In this document: in pieces, positions 27,228 to 41,971 of the stretch | Layout: each line of letters starts with the position of its first letter | Position numbering within the stretch: position 1 is the stretch's first letter | Source of the DNA: the human T2T-CHM13v2.0 reference genome, Homo sapiens | Assembly: GCF_009914755.1 (NCBI RefSeq) | Contig: NC_060928.1 | Length of the DNA: 64,000 nucleotides | Reading direction: 5' to 3' (one strand) | The notes under the pieces: generated by a model | What the model saw: the letters and a program-made list of their open reading frames with translations, nothing else | What the model was told of the DNA's origin: nothing | The model's database searches: none | Made by a program: the position numbers and the translations under genes

Positions 27228-28691
27228 TTAATTTCTTTTGGATGATCTAGGAATCTATAAATATTTTCATCAGAAACATAAACAGTTACTAAAATTAAAT
27301 AAAACTAAGTTACATGATGTAGCAGTTATAAAATATGGTTGTATCAAATTATTATCTATTGAATGAATTTATGGTGAAAACACACAGTAGTATAGAACAA
27401 TCCTAACTTCAGTAATTTGAATTCTGACACAGTTGGGAACTATTGGAATTGTGGCTCTGTCATAGAGTTTATCTTATCTAATGAATGGGAGACATTAATA
27501 TAGATGTAAGAAGCATGCATATTCAGCACCATGAAGCAAAAATCAATCAATCAATTAATTCAAAACAAGAAAACAAAAATCCCACACTATAAAAATACAT
27601 AAAAGCAACATTTAGATTTCCAAGTGCTAACCCTTGTTCTTGTCTGTGTTCTATGACATGCTGAGGACTTGCGAAGATAACATGGAAGCCATCAACATCC
27701 AATTTTTTTTTTTTTTGCAATGTGACTAATGTAAACAAATTTTGTCCTGATGTTATAAAAGCTGTGTCCAACAAAGAATGCTGAAAAGCAAAGAGAGCTT
27801 AAAGTGCTAGATTTGTTTTGCTTTATTTACTTCTTAGAGCATTTCAGGTTTAGATAACTTGTGTCTATAAAGACATTGTTAAGATGTGTTGCTCTTACTT
27901 CCTTGGATCACAATGCTGGGAAATATTAGTACTTTATTATAGGAAAACAAATATTCTCTGCCTTTACCTCATATTTCCACCAAGAAAGAGAAAATTTCTG
28001 CTTAAATTTCTGTCATCTTCCCTACTGGGAAGTGGGGGCTGAGGGATGAGGGGAGAAATGCAGACTCTTCACTCTTTTACCATCTCCTTTCAATGGGCAT
28101 TGCTGCTATTTCAACCAATCAGGCACTGAGAATTTGACTTTCCCTAAAAGGCACTGAAGATATTCCGTGCTCGTGGAGTAAGATTTTTCTTTTTTTCCTT
28201 TTTCTTTAAGTCAATCTAGTGAAAACATAATTATCAGTGTCTGCTCCTGGCAGTTCCAGGGTTAAGATTTTACTCTTCCGGCAATGGAGAGTTGCTGCAT
28301 GGAGCAGGTGTTGCTTCTGATATCCCACTAGTATCCCTGAACATGAGTCCCAAGATTTAGCTTTATAGAATATTCCAATTTGTCTTTTAGTAAAGTATCT
28401 TTAAGAACTCATCTTTTGTTAAAGTTTTACCTTGCAATATGATGCATCTTTCTTACTATTAATGAAGTACCATTTCCACTCATTTGGCTATTGCGTAATT
28501 GAAGGGGATAAGATCACACAATCAGCATTTTTGTAGAATGGATTATTATTTGTATAATGAATTATGTTTCAATTTATCAGCTTTCCATGCACCCACACCA
28601 GCACATAATCAGGACTGTAGTGTGTAACAATTTGCATTTTTAAATAGATCCACTGATGGATTTAACAACTACTTGAGAGCCCATGTAGTAG

Positions 28692-28973
<282 letters not shown>

Positions 28974-28990
28974 TAAAAATACAAAAATTA

Positions 28991-29296
28991 GGCCGGGCGC
29001 GGTGGTTCATGCCTGTAATCCCAGCACTGTGGGAGGCCGAGGTGGGTGGATCATGAGGTCAGGAGATGGAGACCATCCTGGCTAACACGGTGAAACCCCG
29101 TCTCTACTAAAAATACAAAAAATTAGCCGGGCGTGGTGGCGGGCGCCTGTAGTCCCAGCTACTCAGGTGGCTGAGGCAGGAGAATGGTGTGAGCCCGGGA
29201 GGCGGAGCTTACAGTGAGCTGAGATCCTGCCACTGAACTCCAGCCTGGGTGACAGAGAGAGATTCCGTTTCAAAAAAAAAAAAAAGAAAAAAAATA
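28991..29296 (+). mobile_element. AluY
   Basis: AluY diagnostics; perfect 17-bp TSD TAAAAATACAAAAATTA (28974-28990, 29297-29313). Confidence 0.95.
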
Positions 29297-29313
29297 TAAA
29301 AATACAAAAATTA

Positions 29314-29625
<312 letters not shown>

Positions 29626-30979
29626 TTATCATGTTGCATTCTTCCTCATTCTGTCTATACAGGAAATATTTTATCCAATACTATGGTTTCCTTACTGGTT
29701 GTTACCTGCAACATCTCAAAACCACCAATCAATGTTAGACTAACTTGGAATTGATTAAGAAGAAAGCAACATTAGGTAGTGAGAGGATATTAGCAGCCAT
29801 AAACAAACTAAGTAAAATTCCCAAGGAAATCTAAGAGGTCTGAGTTAGCAAGCAGTAAGACTCCTTGAATAAGAGAAGAAAGTGGAAGGAAGAAGGAGAA
29901 AACAAGACAAGATGTTAATGAAGGTCATCTTATAGGCTACATCAGGAGAACCAGATATCAGAAGCCAATGCTAACTTTTTCAACACTAATAGGTCATCCT
30001 AAAAAGGTTTTGTGTGTTATCTTTATTAATTTTATGCATAAATTGAAGTTTATAAGAATAAGCTAATCTAATTGTCTTTTTAAAACTATTTCTTTAAATT
30101 AAAAAAAAATTAATAATAATTTTAAAACTAAAAAAATCTCATTAGGAGGTAAAAGAACAGAATATATAAAATAAAGATTATGTGTTTTTTAAATAGGGGC
30201 CTTACATATTATTTTATTTATATATATATATGTATATATATCTTAAAAAATTAGGAGATAAACCAGATTATTTTAGCTAGATGGATTTTTCATTCAGTAG
30301 CTAATTTATTATATAACACATGTTGTGACACTTTAAATTAAATATGAAAAACTTATTTTATATAAATAGAAAAAAATTGTTTTTGAAACTGAAAGAAAGG
30401 CTTTGTCTGAGTCTAATTTTGGAATTCGAAAATAGGTTTGTTAAAATTTGTTATTCTGAATATTTTATACATTGTCTTGTCCTGTTCTTTATTAAAATTT
30501 ATTCTTCATATCAAGTTGCATGTCTAATACATATGTCATACTTTTAAAATAAAAGGAATCTGTTGTAAGTTAACAGTTAAAATTGGTTGGGCCTGTTTAA
30601 AAGACTAGTTAGCAATGAAAACCCTGAATCACTTCTAATATTTTATTTTACTTTTTCACATCTTCCATATATGTGAGAAAGATTCATTTTATGTTTGAAC
30701 TTTAGTCTATCTGAATAAAACTGTATTTCACTTATCCACCTGCACCTTTATGATTGCTTGCTAAAAGATAACCTTTCATTCAAGCATGTGACTTTTCTTC
30801 TATTATATGCCATGAATAATGAAATTCATGCGTTCAAAGTAGGACAGTTTCTAAATGTTATTCTAGAAGGTGGAACCTCAGTGACAGTCTTCCCTCCAGA
30901 CCTTTCTTTCATTTCCATCAGTGCTTGCTTAAGTAAAGCTCTGAATGGGAGGGCATTGAAGAGGGAACGCGATTCAGAC

Positions 30980-31454
30980 AGGCAGACTGTAAGGTGGCTC
31001 CCATGATCCCCATGTGCTCATGTTCACACATTCATATGAGCATGACCTGTGGCTGACTTCAAAACTATAAAATTCCACAAGGGTGACAGAATTTTATTCC
31101 TATTGTTATATTATGTTATATAAGACTTTTGCTAACAGACTCAGTCTGGAGACTCTCTCACCCCACTTTCTGTCTTTTAAGAAGCAAGCTGGCAAGAATC
31201 TTTCAGACAGAAAGAACTGATTGAAGCCATCAACCATGTGAGCAGGGAAGTGGATGCTTCCCAAGTGGAGCCTCTAGATGAAATCCCAGCCCTGGCTGAT
31301 GCTTTACAACTTTGTGAAACACTGGGCAGAAGAACCAGATAATCTGTGCCTGGACTAAAGGTCCTCAGAAAGTATAAGATAATACATGTGTGTTGTTTTC
31401 AGTGGCCAAGTTTGTGGTGAACATTGTACACAAGAGAGAATACTGCTAATATAT
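30980..31454 (+). mobile_element. MLT1-type MaLR LTR
   Basis: GCCATCAACCATGTGAG...AGATGAAATCCCAGCCCTGGCTGA...AGATAATACATGTGTGTTGTTTT...AAGTTTGTGG...CTAATATA. Confidence 0.8.
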
Positions 31455-34400
31455 AGGACTTGGTCTCTCAAAAAAGTTTCTGTTTTATTTGTTGGCATCA
31501 TCGTGATAATCATCCAAACAGATATATTTGAGTACCTTAAGAGGCTTTGGAAATTGAGAGAAAAAATAAAGTTCAGTTAATAGGATATTACTAACTCACA
31601 GTTCTAGTGGAATGAGTCCTAGGATATTAATTATACTGTGGAAGAAATAAGTTGTTCCATATGTTTTATAAGGAGAGATGATTTTATCATTTCCAAATTT
31701 TCTTCTACATTTTTCCTTGGTCCTTCCATTGGCCCTCACACAACTTCAAGTTGAGTATAGTAATTAACTGATAATGAAACGATCATTCATTTTAGTGACA
31801 ACAAATTATTTTGTCAACTTGGTCTATAAATGTGTGGTTTACTAATTTTCTAATTTATTTTTATATTAGAATAAATTTTATATGTTTTATGAGACAGTAT
31901 CTTATGGTAAAACAAAGTAGCCTATAGAATTTATATACTTAAAGCTAAGACATTAGCAAATATTTCATTCTGAAAATTTATAATATAAGGACTTATAAAT
32001 TTCCTATTGCAACAAAAATCAATAATAAGTTGTTTTATATTAGTCCAGGTCCCTCCATTTCTTTTCTGAAAATAGCACAGTCTTTGTATATTAGTGTTTT
32101 TCTCCTGTGCTTGCAGTGAAAAAAATCGCTTTAATTAATTAAAACATGGAAATTGTAATCATATACCAGCGATTATTTTATTAATTCTGTTAGGAAGTCA
32201 CTGGTGTTTGCTTGTGTTTTGAGAAGGGCAATATTTTTGTTCTTGTATAGAATTAGTCATTAACATTGCTTTGTAGTACATTAAATTGATTCTCTGTAAT
32301 ACTAGTATCTGCTCAACTATAAAAAATAGACTTGTAATTTGAAAAGCATGATTTAAACTGAACTTCAAGGCTTTGAAAAAAGTGCTTTAATAACATTTTG
32401 TTTCTTGTTTCCAGTCTGAGGACAGAAGCTGAATGCCATATGACATAGCCATTGATGCCTGTAGAATAAGCAAATGCAAACAATGACCTTGATTCCAAGA
32501 ATAAGTATGCAAGGTTCACTATGCAGAGATACTGGGTAATTATCTCTGATTTTACTGTTATTGAAAACATTAATTATTTAATGAGTTTGAAGTGCTTAAG
32601 TGTTTGCTTCTGACTTAAAAAAATGTACTCTTCAGTAATCAACAGTCAAGCTTAGTTGAATGCAAGAAAAAGAAAATGATTTATCAAAACTACATTGACA
32701 AATATAGTTGTGCCTTTTGAAAAGACAGAAGTGGAGAAAAAAAATCACTCAAGTCCCAGATTATATGATATTTGGGGTAAAAAAATCAATAGGACAGGTA
32801 AGGATGATGAGCTCTTTCAAAAAGATTTGTCTTTGGCGACTAAGTAGCATGTTACTCCCATTTTTAAAATAAAATATAAAATGTAAGCCAATATTTTCCT
32901 ACCTTAGAAAACAAATATGAAGGTATTCTATATCAAGCTAGATAACTCTTGCATAAACTCTCTGTTCTATATGAAGCACATTTAAAGAAGCTGCCTAATC
33001 TGAATAGTAGAGAGCCCCGAAGACAGAGTGCATAAAACGAGGTAGCATACTTCTTTACAAATAAACTTCATTTATAAGATAAACAAAATGGTGGCAAATG
33101 GAAAACCATCTTCTAATATGTTCTTTCTTTACTTAAAATTGTTTAAAATCAGGGGGACATCTGGGTCTGAGTCTTACAAACTACTGCAGTGTATTACAAA
33201 ATAAACCTACAACATAAAAACAGGTTACTGATAAGTATTTTACATTCCAAAAAATGAAAAATGTTTATTTTTCAAACAAAGGAATAAAAAGAAATCACTC
33301 TTGTTTTAGCTTACAAGAGATAATGTTGCTAAATGTCACTTAGAAGAATATTGTGAAATACAATAAATCACCCACCCCTCACCGCCCATCCACCACACAC
33401 AAAGGAAAGATATATCATAGACTAGAAAGACCAAGAATAAAATAAAATATCTGTAAAGTTAAAAAAAGTCAGTTGAAGTAGGTTCAAATGTTAGAGTTAT
33501 AGAATACAATTTTTAAAAGGGTTCTATATAAGGAGATCCTTCAAATTTCAACCTCACTTGCAATGGCAAGAGAGAATCTCTATAACATAACTACGATTCT
33601 TTGCAAAATATTCATTTTTAAGAAACACGAAAAAGACTTGTTCTTTAAATAAAAACCAAAAAGCAAGGAAGACTGAAAAAAATTCAACCACACAAATATA
33701 AAATAGATGAAATGAAATAATGTACTGAAAGCCCCAAATAACCTTTCTTCCTTTTTAAATGATTTATCAATAATGTGTAATAAAAGTCAAATATTTTACA
33801 GTACCTTGGTCTATGTTTATATGCCCTTATCTAGGAGTTGATTTTGGAAACTCCATTTATCTACAATTATCAGGAAGATAATGTTGGCTGCAAATATTAT
33901 TTCATTCATAATATTTTTATGTCAATATAAATTATTTAAATTGAATTTCCAAAGTAAAGATGTTTTCAAGGAACAAAAATTATAAATTATTATATTACCC
34001 CTTCAGTATACTGTGTGTCCCCTGAAAACTTCTAAGACAATGAATCTTTCTTTTTTATAATCTCAGCAAAATGTTTATTTATCAGGTTCAGTTTTATCCT
34101 ATTTCTGATCAAATAAGCTCCAAATCCATTAAAAAAGGAACATCATTATAATGAACGGTACATTACACTGAAAGCATTTTAGAATCCTAGGTAATGGCCA
34201 AAGATAGAATAACACTATCTTTAAAAAATCTATTTAGAATGAAAATCGTTGTCACAAGTTATTCAGTACAGTAAATGGTTTCCTTTTCCAGCCTTCTTCA
34301 TATCTTGCTAAAGTTAAAAATAAAAAGACAGCCAAACTTTGACTGAGTGTCTAGCACAAATACAAGGAGGACACAACCCCAACTAGTTGTCACTAGAATG

Positions 34401-35244
34401 AGATGTGACCTGTAAGTGTTCTAAATTTTCTCTTCTCACAGGGAGCCCGTATTCTATAGACTGAGAAGACAGAATATTTGCTTCATGTTCCAATCCTATA
34501 CATTCTAAACGAGATCTGAACCACCTTCCAAAAGCAAGTCATTTTTGTCCCAGTTACAATTCTACCTGCTATTCAGGGCTGGCACCTGGGTAAGGTGGGC
34601 AAGGCTGTGTGATACAATGTAACCTACAGACTATCACTTACTGATATATATATATAGTTGGAGAGAAGGTTCTTCATGGGACACCTTTCAAACCAGTCCT
34701 TGTTTCTTCTATGCCCAGGTCAACTTGTGCTTTTAACTTTGCCGAATTTCAAAAGTCTCATCAGGCCTGATGCTCTCTCAGCCCTCTGTGTACTTTCACA
34801 ACTGCTCTTCTGACAGTGTCTGCTAATGGTAATGCCCCAGCAATGCTGCATGCCTCTCCTCTCTGTCCCTCTATCTCTCTGTCTCTTTGTTTCTCTCTCA
34901 GAACTTTCTGCCCATCAGACTTATATAAAAATTACTGTTAAGAAAATTATACCATTTAATCCACAAAAGTATAGTTGTATTTAAGCACTGCACTAATGAA
35001 CTATTATAAATAAGACATGCATAACAGGCTTTTGCCATCCAGCAGCAGTGATGATTTTCTTCTAATCCACACATACTGCAATCAATTAACTTTAGATGAA
35101 AAACAATAAACCAGATTCAAATGACCCTCAAATACTAGACTTTTAGCCTAAGGCCATAAAATATATGAAATGTTTAATCTCTTGTTTTTCCTACACACTG
35201 TACTCTCATCAAATAAATTCCTCTTCCATGCTATATTAACCTAC

Positions 35245-35900
35245 TATAGGAAACCAAAGAAATTTCACCAAAAATAGACTTATTTGACATATTTCAAGAC
35301 TGCTATTGAGAGGGCTTACAGGCAGGAATTGCACAGAAAAGCTGCCTTTTGTGGAGGAGACTTTCATCTGCGGGGAAAAAAAAAAGTACATTAGTGAAAT
35401 AAGCAACCAGGTGTTCCTTGAGCCCTGGCTCCCCCTTTTCAAGATCTAGGAAAGATTAACTCCACCACAAACTACCACCAGTTCTTTCTGAGGGCAGCTC
35501 CAAGATTATCTGATATATTTTCATCTGTATAACAAGGGAGTGTTTGCTTGACATGCTTTCTTCCCTTCACTCTCTGATAACCTGTGATGCTACCTCCCAC
35601 CGAGCCCAGAGACACTTGGTCCCAGGCCATGGTTCTGTGTGCTCACTCATTTTATCTGAAAATTGCTTATTGCCCCTCAAAAGAATTGTCTATATTCCCC
35701 ATCTTTGCCCTACACTATGAAGAAGGGTAAAGAAGCCAATGTACAGCATTGGATTATTGGGTAATCATTCTCCTGTGATTGCCCCGTGCTGTGCATATTA
35801 AAACAAATTTGGTATGCCTTTCTCCTATTAATCTGCCTTTGTCAGCTGATTTTGTGGAAACTTCAGAGGGTGAAGGGAAAGTTTTCCCTCAGCCCCTACA
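35245..35900 (+). mobile_element. MER34/MER39-group ERV1 solo LTR
   Basis: Ends CTTCAGAGGGTGAAGGGAAAGTTTTCCCTCAGCCCCTACA; perfect 4-bp TSD CTAC (35241-35244, 35901-35904). Confidence 0.8.
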
Positions 35901-36959
35901 CTACTTATTCAGGAAATTGGAAGCTCAAATTAAAAATAAATTACCAATATAAACATGCTGGTTACATGAATATGATTTCTAATAAATACTTAGTTACCTA
36001 ATTCTTAATTTATGAGCTGGATAATTCTAATCTTGAAAATTAATTCAGTTTCTTTTCTCTTGGGCAACACTTTTATAAACAAATGGTCACACATGTTTAT
36101 ATGAATAAATTCAATTAAAATATTGAATTCTTACCATTTAAAGTATTTTGCATTCTAAAAATCAATGAAAAGCCTTGCTTTTTCCTGAAATTTCTAAATT
36201 TTCTATATATTCATAGAAGTATAAGAAAAACATACCTTTGATATGATCTTGTGCAATCAATAATGAATTATTGTTTCTAATGAGAAATTTATTTTCTACC
36301 TTTGATTTGAATTGTAGAGAACAATAAATAGTTACACCTAACAAGATCTGCAGCTCTTCACTGCTGTGTAGTACTAATTAAAGCTGACACATTGTAGCAT
36401 TGACCTGAAAATCTAATATTTGTGAATCACGAACAATGATTATTGCAAGGAAAATGCCTTTCTTGTATTCACTAGCATTCATCATCGTATCTACTCAACT
36501 CTTTCTTGACTGTCACCTTCACTTGCTTAATACATACACTGGGTTTGCCTTAATCTACACCTGCTTGGTATAATATGTATCTTCTTGAAAGAAAATCAAA
36601 TATTATAAAATTTAAAATAAAATTTATCATAGATTTCTAATGGTATGTATGAAAAAGCACAGAATCAATGAAAACATTTATTGATAAACACAAATTATAT
36701 GGATGCTTATTTGAATTTGAATTGGGTGGAAAGGCAACAGCAGTAGGGATTATTAATAATGATATAAAGAGACCATCCATGTTTGCACTCTTTCCCTGCA
36801 TGACTAAGAAACCAACAAATTTTGTTTGCAATGTGGCTGCAAATAAGGAATATATTTTTAGTCGTAATTCATGTATTTATTTTTATTTTTCAACTTATAA
36901 AAAGAGCTGTCACTCTTTTATTGTTCTTTGTCCAATTTTAGCCTCCATCTAATTTCCAC

Positions 36960-37377
36960 AAGCCCACTAAACACAATCAATAAAAAAAAATTGAATGTAA
37001 TACAAACAAGATTACATTCAAGTTTTCAGAAATCATGCAAATAAAGTTGAGAGAAAACCCCCATTCTCCTAAAATTTTATACCTTGCAAAATTACCTTTC
37101 AAATTTTGAAGGTAATTTTGAAGCCCACTAAACACAATCAGTAAAAAAATGTTGAATGTAATACAAACAAGATGAGATTCAACTGCTCAGAAGTCATGCA
37201 AACAAAGTTGAGAGAAAACCCCCATTCTCCTAAAATTCAATTTTTACTCAAATTTTGACGAGTAATTTTGTAAGGTATAAAATTTTAGGAGAATGGGGGT
37301 TTTCTCTCAACTGTGCATGATTTCTGAGAAGTTGAATGTTATCTTGTTTGTATTACATTCAACATTCAATTTTTTTT
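36960..37377. repeat. Direct + direct + inverted triplication of a ~110-160-bp unit
   Basis: AAGCCCACTAAACACAATCA at 36960 and 37121. GTTGAGAGAAAACCCCCATTCTCCTAAAATT occurs twice forward and once reverse-complemented (~37281-37311). Confidence 0.9.
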
Positions 37378-37424
37378 CCTTTTTTCCTTGTAGCATTGAA
37401 TTAATTTTATTTCAGATGTTCTTT

Positions 37425-40170
37425 TTTGTCTTTTTAATGTATTTTATTTTTATAGCACTTTTAGGTCTACAGCAAAATTGAATGAAAAGTACAGAGGTTT
37501 CCCATATACTCCCTTGTCCCCCCACATTCACAACTTTCCCCATTATCAACATCCCCCACAGAGTGGTACATAAACACCATCACCTAGAGTCAAGTATCCT
37601 TCACATTCGAGTTCACTTTTGGCATTGTACATTCTATGGATTTGGACAAATGTATGACATGTATCCACCATTATGATATTATGCAGTATAGTTCAATTGC
37701 TCTAAAAACCCTCTGTGTACATCCCATTTATCTCTCCCTCCCCCATTAAACCCTAGCAAACACTGATCTTTTTCCTGTATCCACGATTTTGTCTTATCTA
37801 GAATGTTAAATAGTTGTAATCTGCAATAGGTAGGCTTTCAGGTTGGCTTCTTTCAGTTAGTAATATATATTTAAATTTTCATCATGTCTTTTTAGGGCTT
37901 GAGAGTTCATTTCTTTTTAGTACTGAATAATATTCCATCGTCTAGAAGTATCATTTATTCATTCACCTACTGAAGGACATCTTTGTGATGTATATTTATT
38001 TTTACTCATTGTTGCATTCAATTTGCTAATATTGTTTTGAGAATTTTTATCTATGGTTAGGAAAGATATTCGTATGTGTTTTCATGTAATGTCTTTTCTG
38101 ATTTTGGTGTTAGAGTGATGCTGGCCACATTGAGTGAGTTAGGAAGTCTACCCACTGCTTCTTTATTCTGGAAGAAACTATAGAGGATTAAGATCATTTC
38201 TTTTATACATTTTGATACATATCACTAATGAACCTTTCTGGGACCATTACTTTCTGTTTTGGAATAATATATTTTTTTTCCTTTAGTAATTCATAAATGC
38301 CTATTCAGATTGTCTATTTCATCATGTGTAAGTTTTGGCACATAAGCATTAAGGATTCATATGTATTCTTGGAAAACTGATACCTTCATTATTATGTAAT
38401 GCCCCTGTTTATCCCTGATAAATTTTCTTGCTCTGAAGTCCACCTTGTCTAAAATTAATACAGCCACTCCCACCTTCTTTTGATTCATGTTCCATAGCAT
38501 ATATCTCTTCATCTATTTACTTTTACTCTGTATTGTCAATATATTTAAAGTGAGTTTCTTGTAGACAATTTAGAGTTGGGTTTAGCTATCAATCCATTCT
38601 GACAACATTTGTCTTAATTGATGCATTTAGACCATTGATGTCCAAAGTGATTATTGATATATATAATATTTATTATTGTTTTCTACTTGTCACTCTTGTT
38701 CTTTTTTTCCTATTTTATCTTCCAAAAGGCAGAACGTTTTTTGCTCATTGAAGTTTTAATTGAGCCTTTTCTGTTATTATTTTCCTCTCCTTTTTAGCAT
38801 ATTATACATTTTAAAACATTTTTTTAGGGATTACCCTAGATAGATTTGCAATACACATTTACAAGGTGTCTGACATTAGTTTGGGAGAATGTTTACTCAT
38901 TATTGCTTCAAATCTGTCTTTTTTTTGTCTTTTTCTTCTCTTTCTGATATTCTTATTATGCATATTCTACATATTTTGTAGCTGTCTTGCAGTCCTTAGA
39001 TATTCTGTGTTCTTTTTCCAACCTTTTTTCTTTTTGTTTTTCAAGGTTTGTACGTTTCTAGTGAGATATCCTCAAGCTCAGATTCTTTTCTTAGCCATGT
39101 CTTGTCTACTAATAAATACTCAAAAGCCTTCTTCATTTCTGTTGCAGTGTTTTTTTATCTCTGGCATTTCTTTTTGTTTTTTCTTTGAATTTTCTTCTGT
39201 CTGTTTTACATTGTTCATCTGTCCTTACATGCTGTCTACTCTATCCACTAGAACCCTTAACATCTTAATCATAATTGTCTTAAATTCTTGGTCTGATAAT
39301 TCTAACATTCTTGTCATATAAACTTCTGATGCTTGCTCTGTCTCTCCAAACTGTGGCTTTTTTTTTTTTTTTTTTGCCTCTTAGTATGTCTTTTATTTTT
39401 TAATTTTTTGAGAGCCAGACATGATTTACTGAGAAAAAGAAACTATTACCAATCAGCCTTTAGTAATGTGGTAGGAAGATGTGGAAGATGAGGAAGCATT
39501 ATGTAGTCCTTTGGTTAGGTCTCAGTCTTTTGGTGATCCTGTACCTTCGGACTGTGAACTTCACAAGTGCTTATCAATGCCATCAATCCCCCACCCCCTA
39601 GGTATGTCAGGATGGGTAGAGTGAGTTGGAGTTTGGTATTTACTTTTCCTGGTCAGAGAAGCTCTGATAAAATCCCAACAAGTTAGACTCTGATTAACTA
39701 CCTTATCTAAGGGCAGATCATATTAAGAAGAACAGGATGACTTGTGTTCAAAATTGTTCCTTTCCCCTTTAATTTGATGGAAGCCCAAAGGGATTTTTCT
39801 CTGATATTCATGGTGAGAACCTAGTAGAGCTCCAAGAGGTAAAAATCAACACAAGTATGGAACCATCCAATGACTAGTCTTCTTGGCATTTTTAATTCTC
39901 AGTGTTGTCCGCATTGAACCTCTAGTAATTCATCTGGTACAGTTTGGTTTTCCCTATTCTGGTATTAGTTTTCATGGACGTTTCTACTCCTGTAAGTTTT
40001 GATTCTCTGAACCCACCTGTGGGTCTCTCCAATTTTGAGGGCAGTAGTTTGCCCTATGATTTTATTTTTCAGACAGATTTAAGAAGAAGTGTTAATTTTT
40101 CCATTTGTTCAGCATTTTACTTGTTGTTAGGACAGAGTGACAGCTTCAAAGCTTCTGACATACTGGACTG
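37425..40170 (-). mobile_element. Old L1 (L1MC/L1MD-type), internally deleted: 3' UTR, ORF2, ORF1 and 5' pieces
   Basis: 3'-end motif TTTAGGTCTACAGCAAAATTGAATG..AAGTACAGAG..TTCCCATATAC. ORF2-like TTCAATTTGCTAATATTGTTTTGAGAATTTT. T-rich antisense composition. Confidence 0.8.
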
Positions 40171-41314
40171 AAAATCAAAAGTCAATCAATCAGTCACATG
40201 TTAACCTTTTTTTAACTTGCCTATTTATGAAGTGTGAGTCTTTAATGTGTTTTTATTCACAATTAGTAAATGGTCTATTTGTTGTTGTCTGGTCAAGTTT
40301 AAGTCCCTCTCCTCTCTTAGACAATAAAATGCCCATTCTTCTGTATAAAAGGGGGAAGTTAAGTGATTGTAGTTATATTTGTTACATCTGAATGTACTTT
40401 TCTTAATACCTTGATTATTTTTATAAAATATTTTGCTATACCTCATAAATATTCCCACTATAAGAGTAAATTGGCTTCTGGAAATTTATTTATTTATTTA
40501 TTTATTTTTATTTTTATTTTTTTTAGGATGGAGTCCAAGACAAAGGTAGAGACAGTTCCTGGGGAAGGGCAATTTTCTTTTATGTAGTACATTTGTTCAG
40601 ACGTCAGGTACAGAAAACAAATTTAATTGATTGATGTAGTGAGATTCAGGGTAATTTATTTTGAAAGAAAGTCAATATGATAATTTCATAATATTCTGTA
40701 TAGTTTAATACACAATTATTTTTATATCAAATATCAATGTCATTTTTCTCTAATTTTCTTGATTTAAAATATTTCTGAATATTAAAGAAAAAAGTACTTC
40801 TTTAGATGCTCATTTTTTTATTAATCACATTGTTCAAATAAATTTTTGTAGTTTATTTGAATCCTCACTTGTACGAGACAATATAAGATGATATAACCAG
40901 GCTTTGTTGCTATTCGAGTAAATCTGAATTATTATTTATCTTTCTTTTAGAGTCTTCTAACACCTCATATGTTAGAGCAATTTTCTTGCTATTTTTGTTT
41001 CAATATACATGTCTACAGATTTATTTTGTGTGATATTTGAAATGAGTAAAATGGGTTGAATTTGTAGCCCTAAAAATATATTTGCTGTTAGTGTGTATTA
41101 TGATTGAAATTCTTTATTTGCAAACAAAGAGCATTTGCTCATGGTATGCTACAAAGTATAATACGAGGACAGAAGAGATAAAATGCATAATCACAATTAT
41201 ATTTAATGAAGTATTATTAAATGGACAGAAGAAGGATATACCCAAGAGTATAGTAATATATTGGAAATGACATTTTAAACATGATTTAAAGAAAGGATGT
41301 ATTATGTATAATGC

Positions 41315-41971
<657 letters not shown>

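Noticed and set aside
38866-39321. 151-aa hydrophobic ORF resembling a membrane protein
   Set aside because: T-rich antisense strand of an old L1; the Phe/Leu richness is compositional.
40500-40612. Possible exon after a (TTTA)n tract (AG at 40526-40527)
   Set aside because: The acceptor derives from a simple repeat and the donors are weak; no other support.
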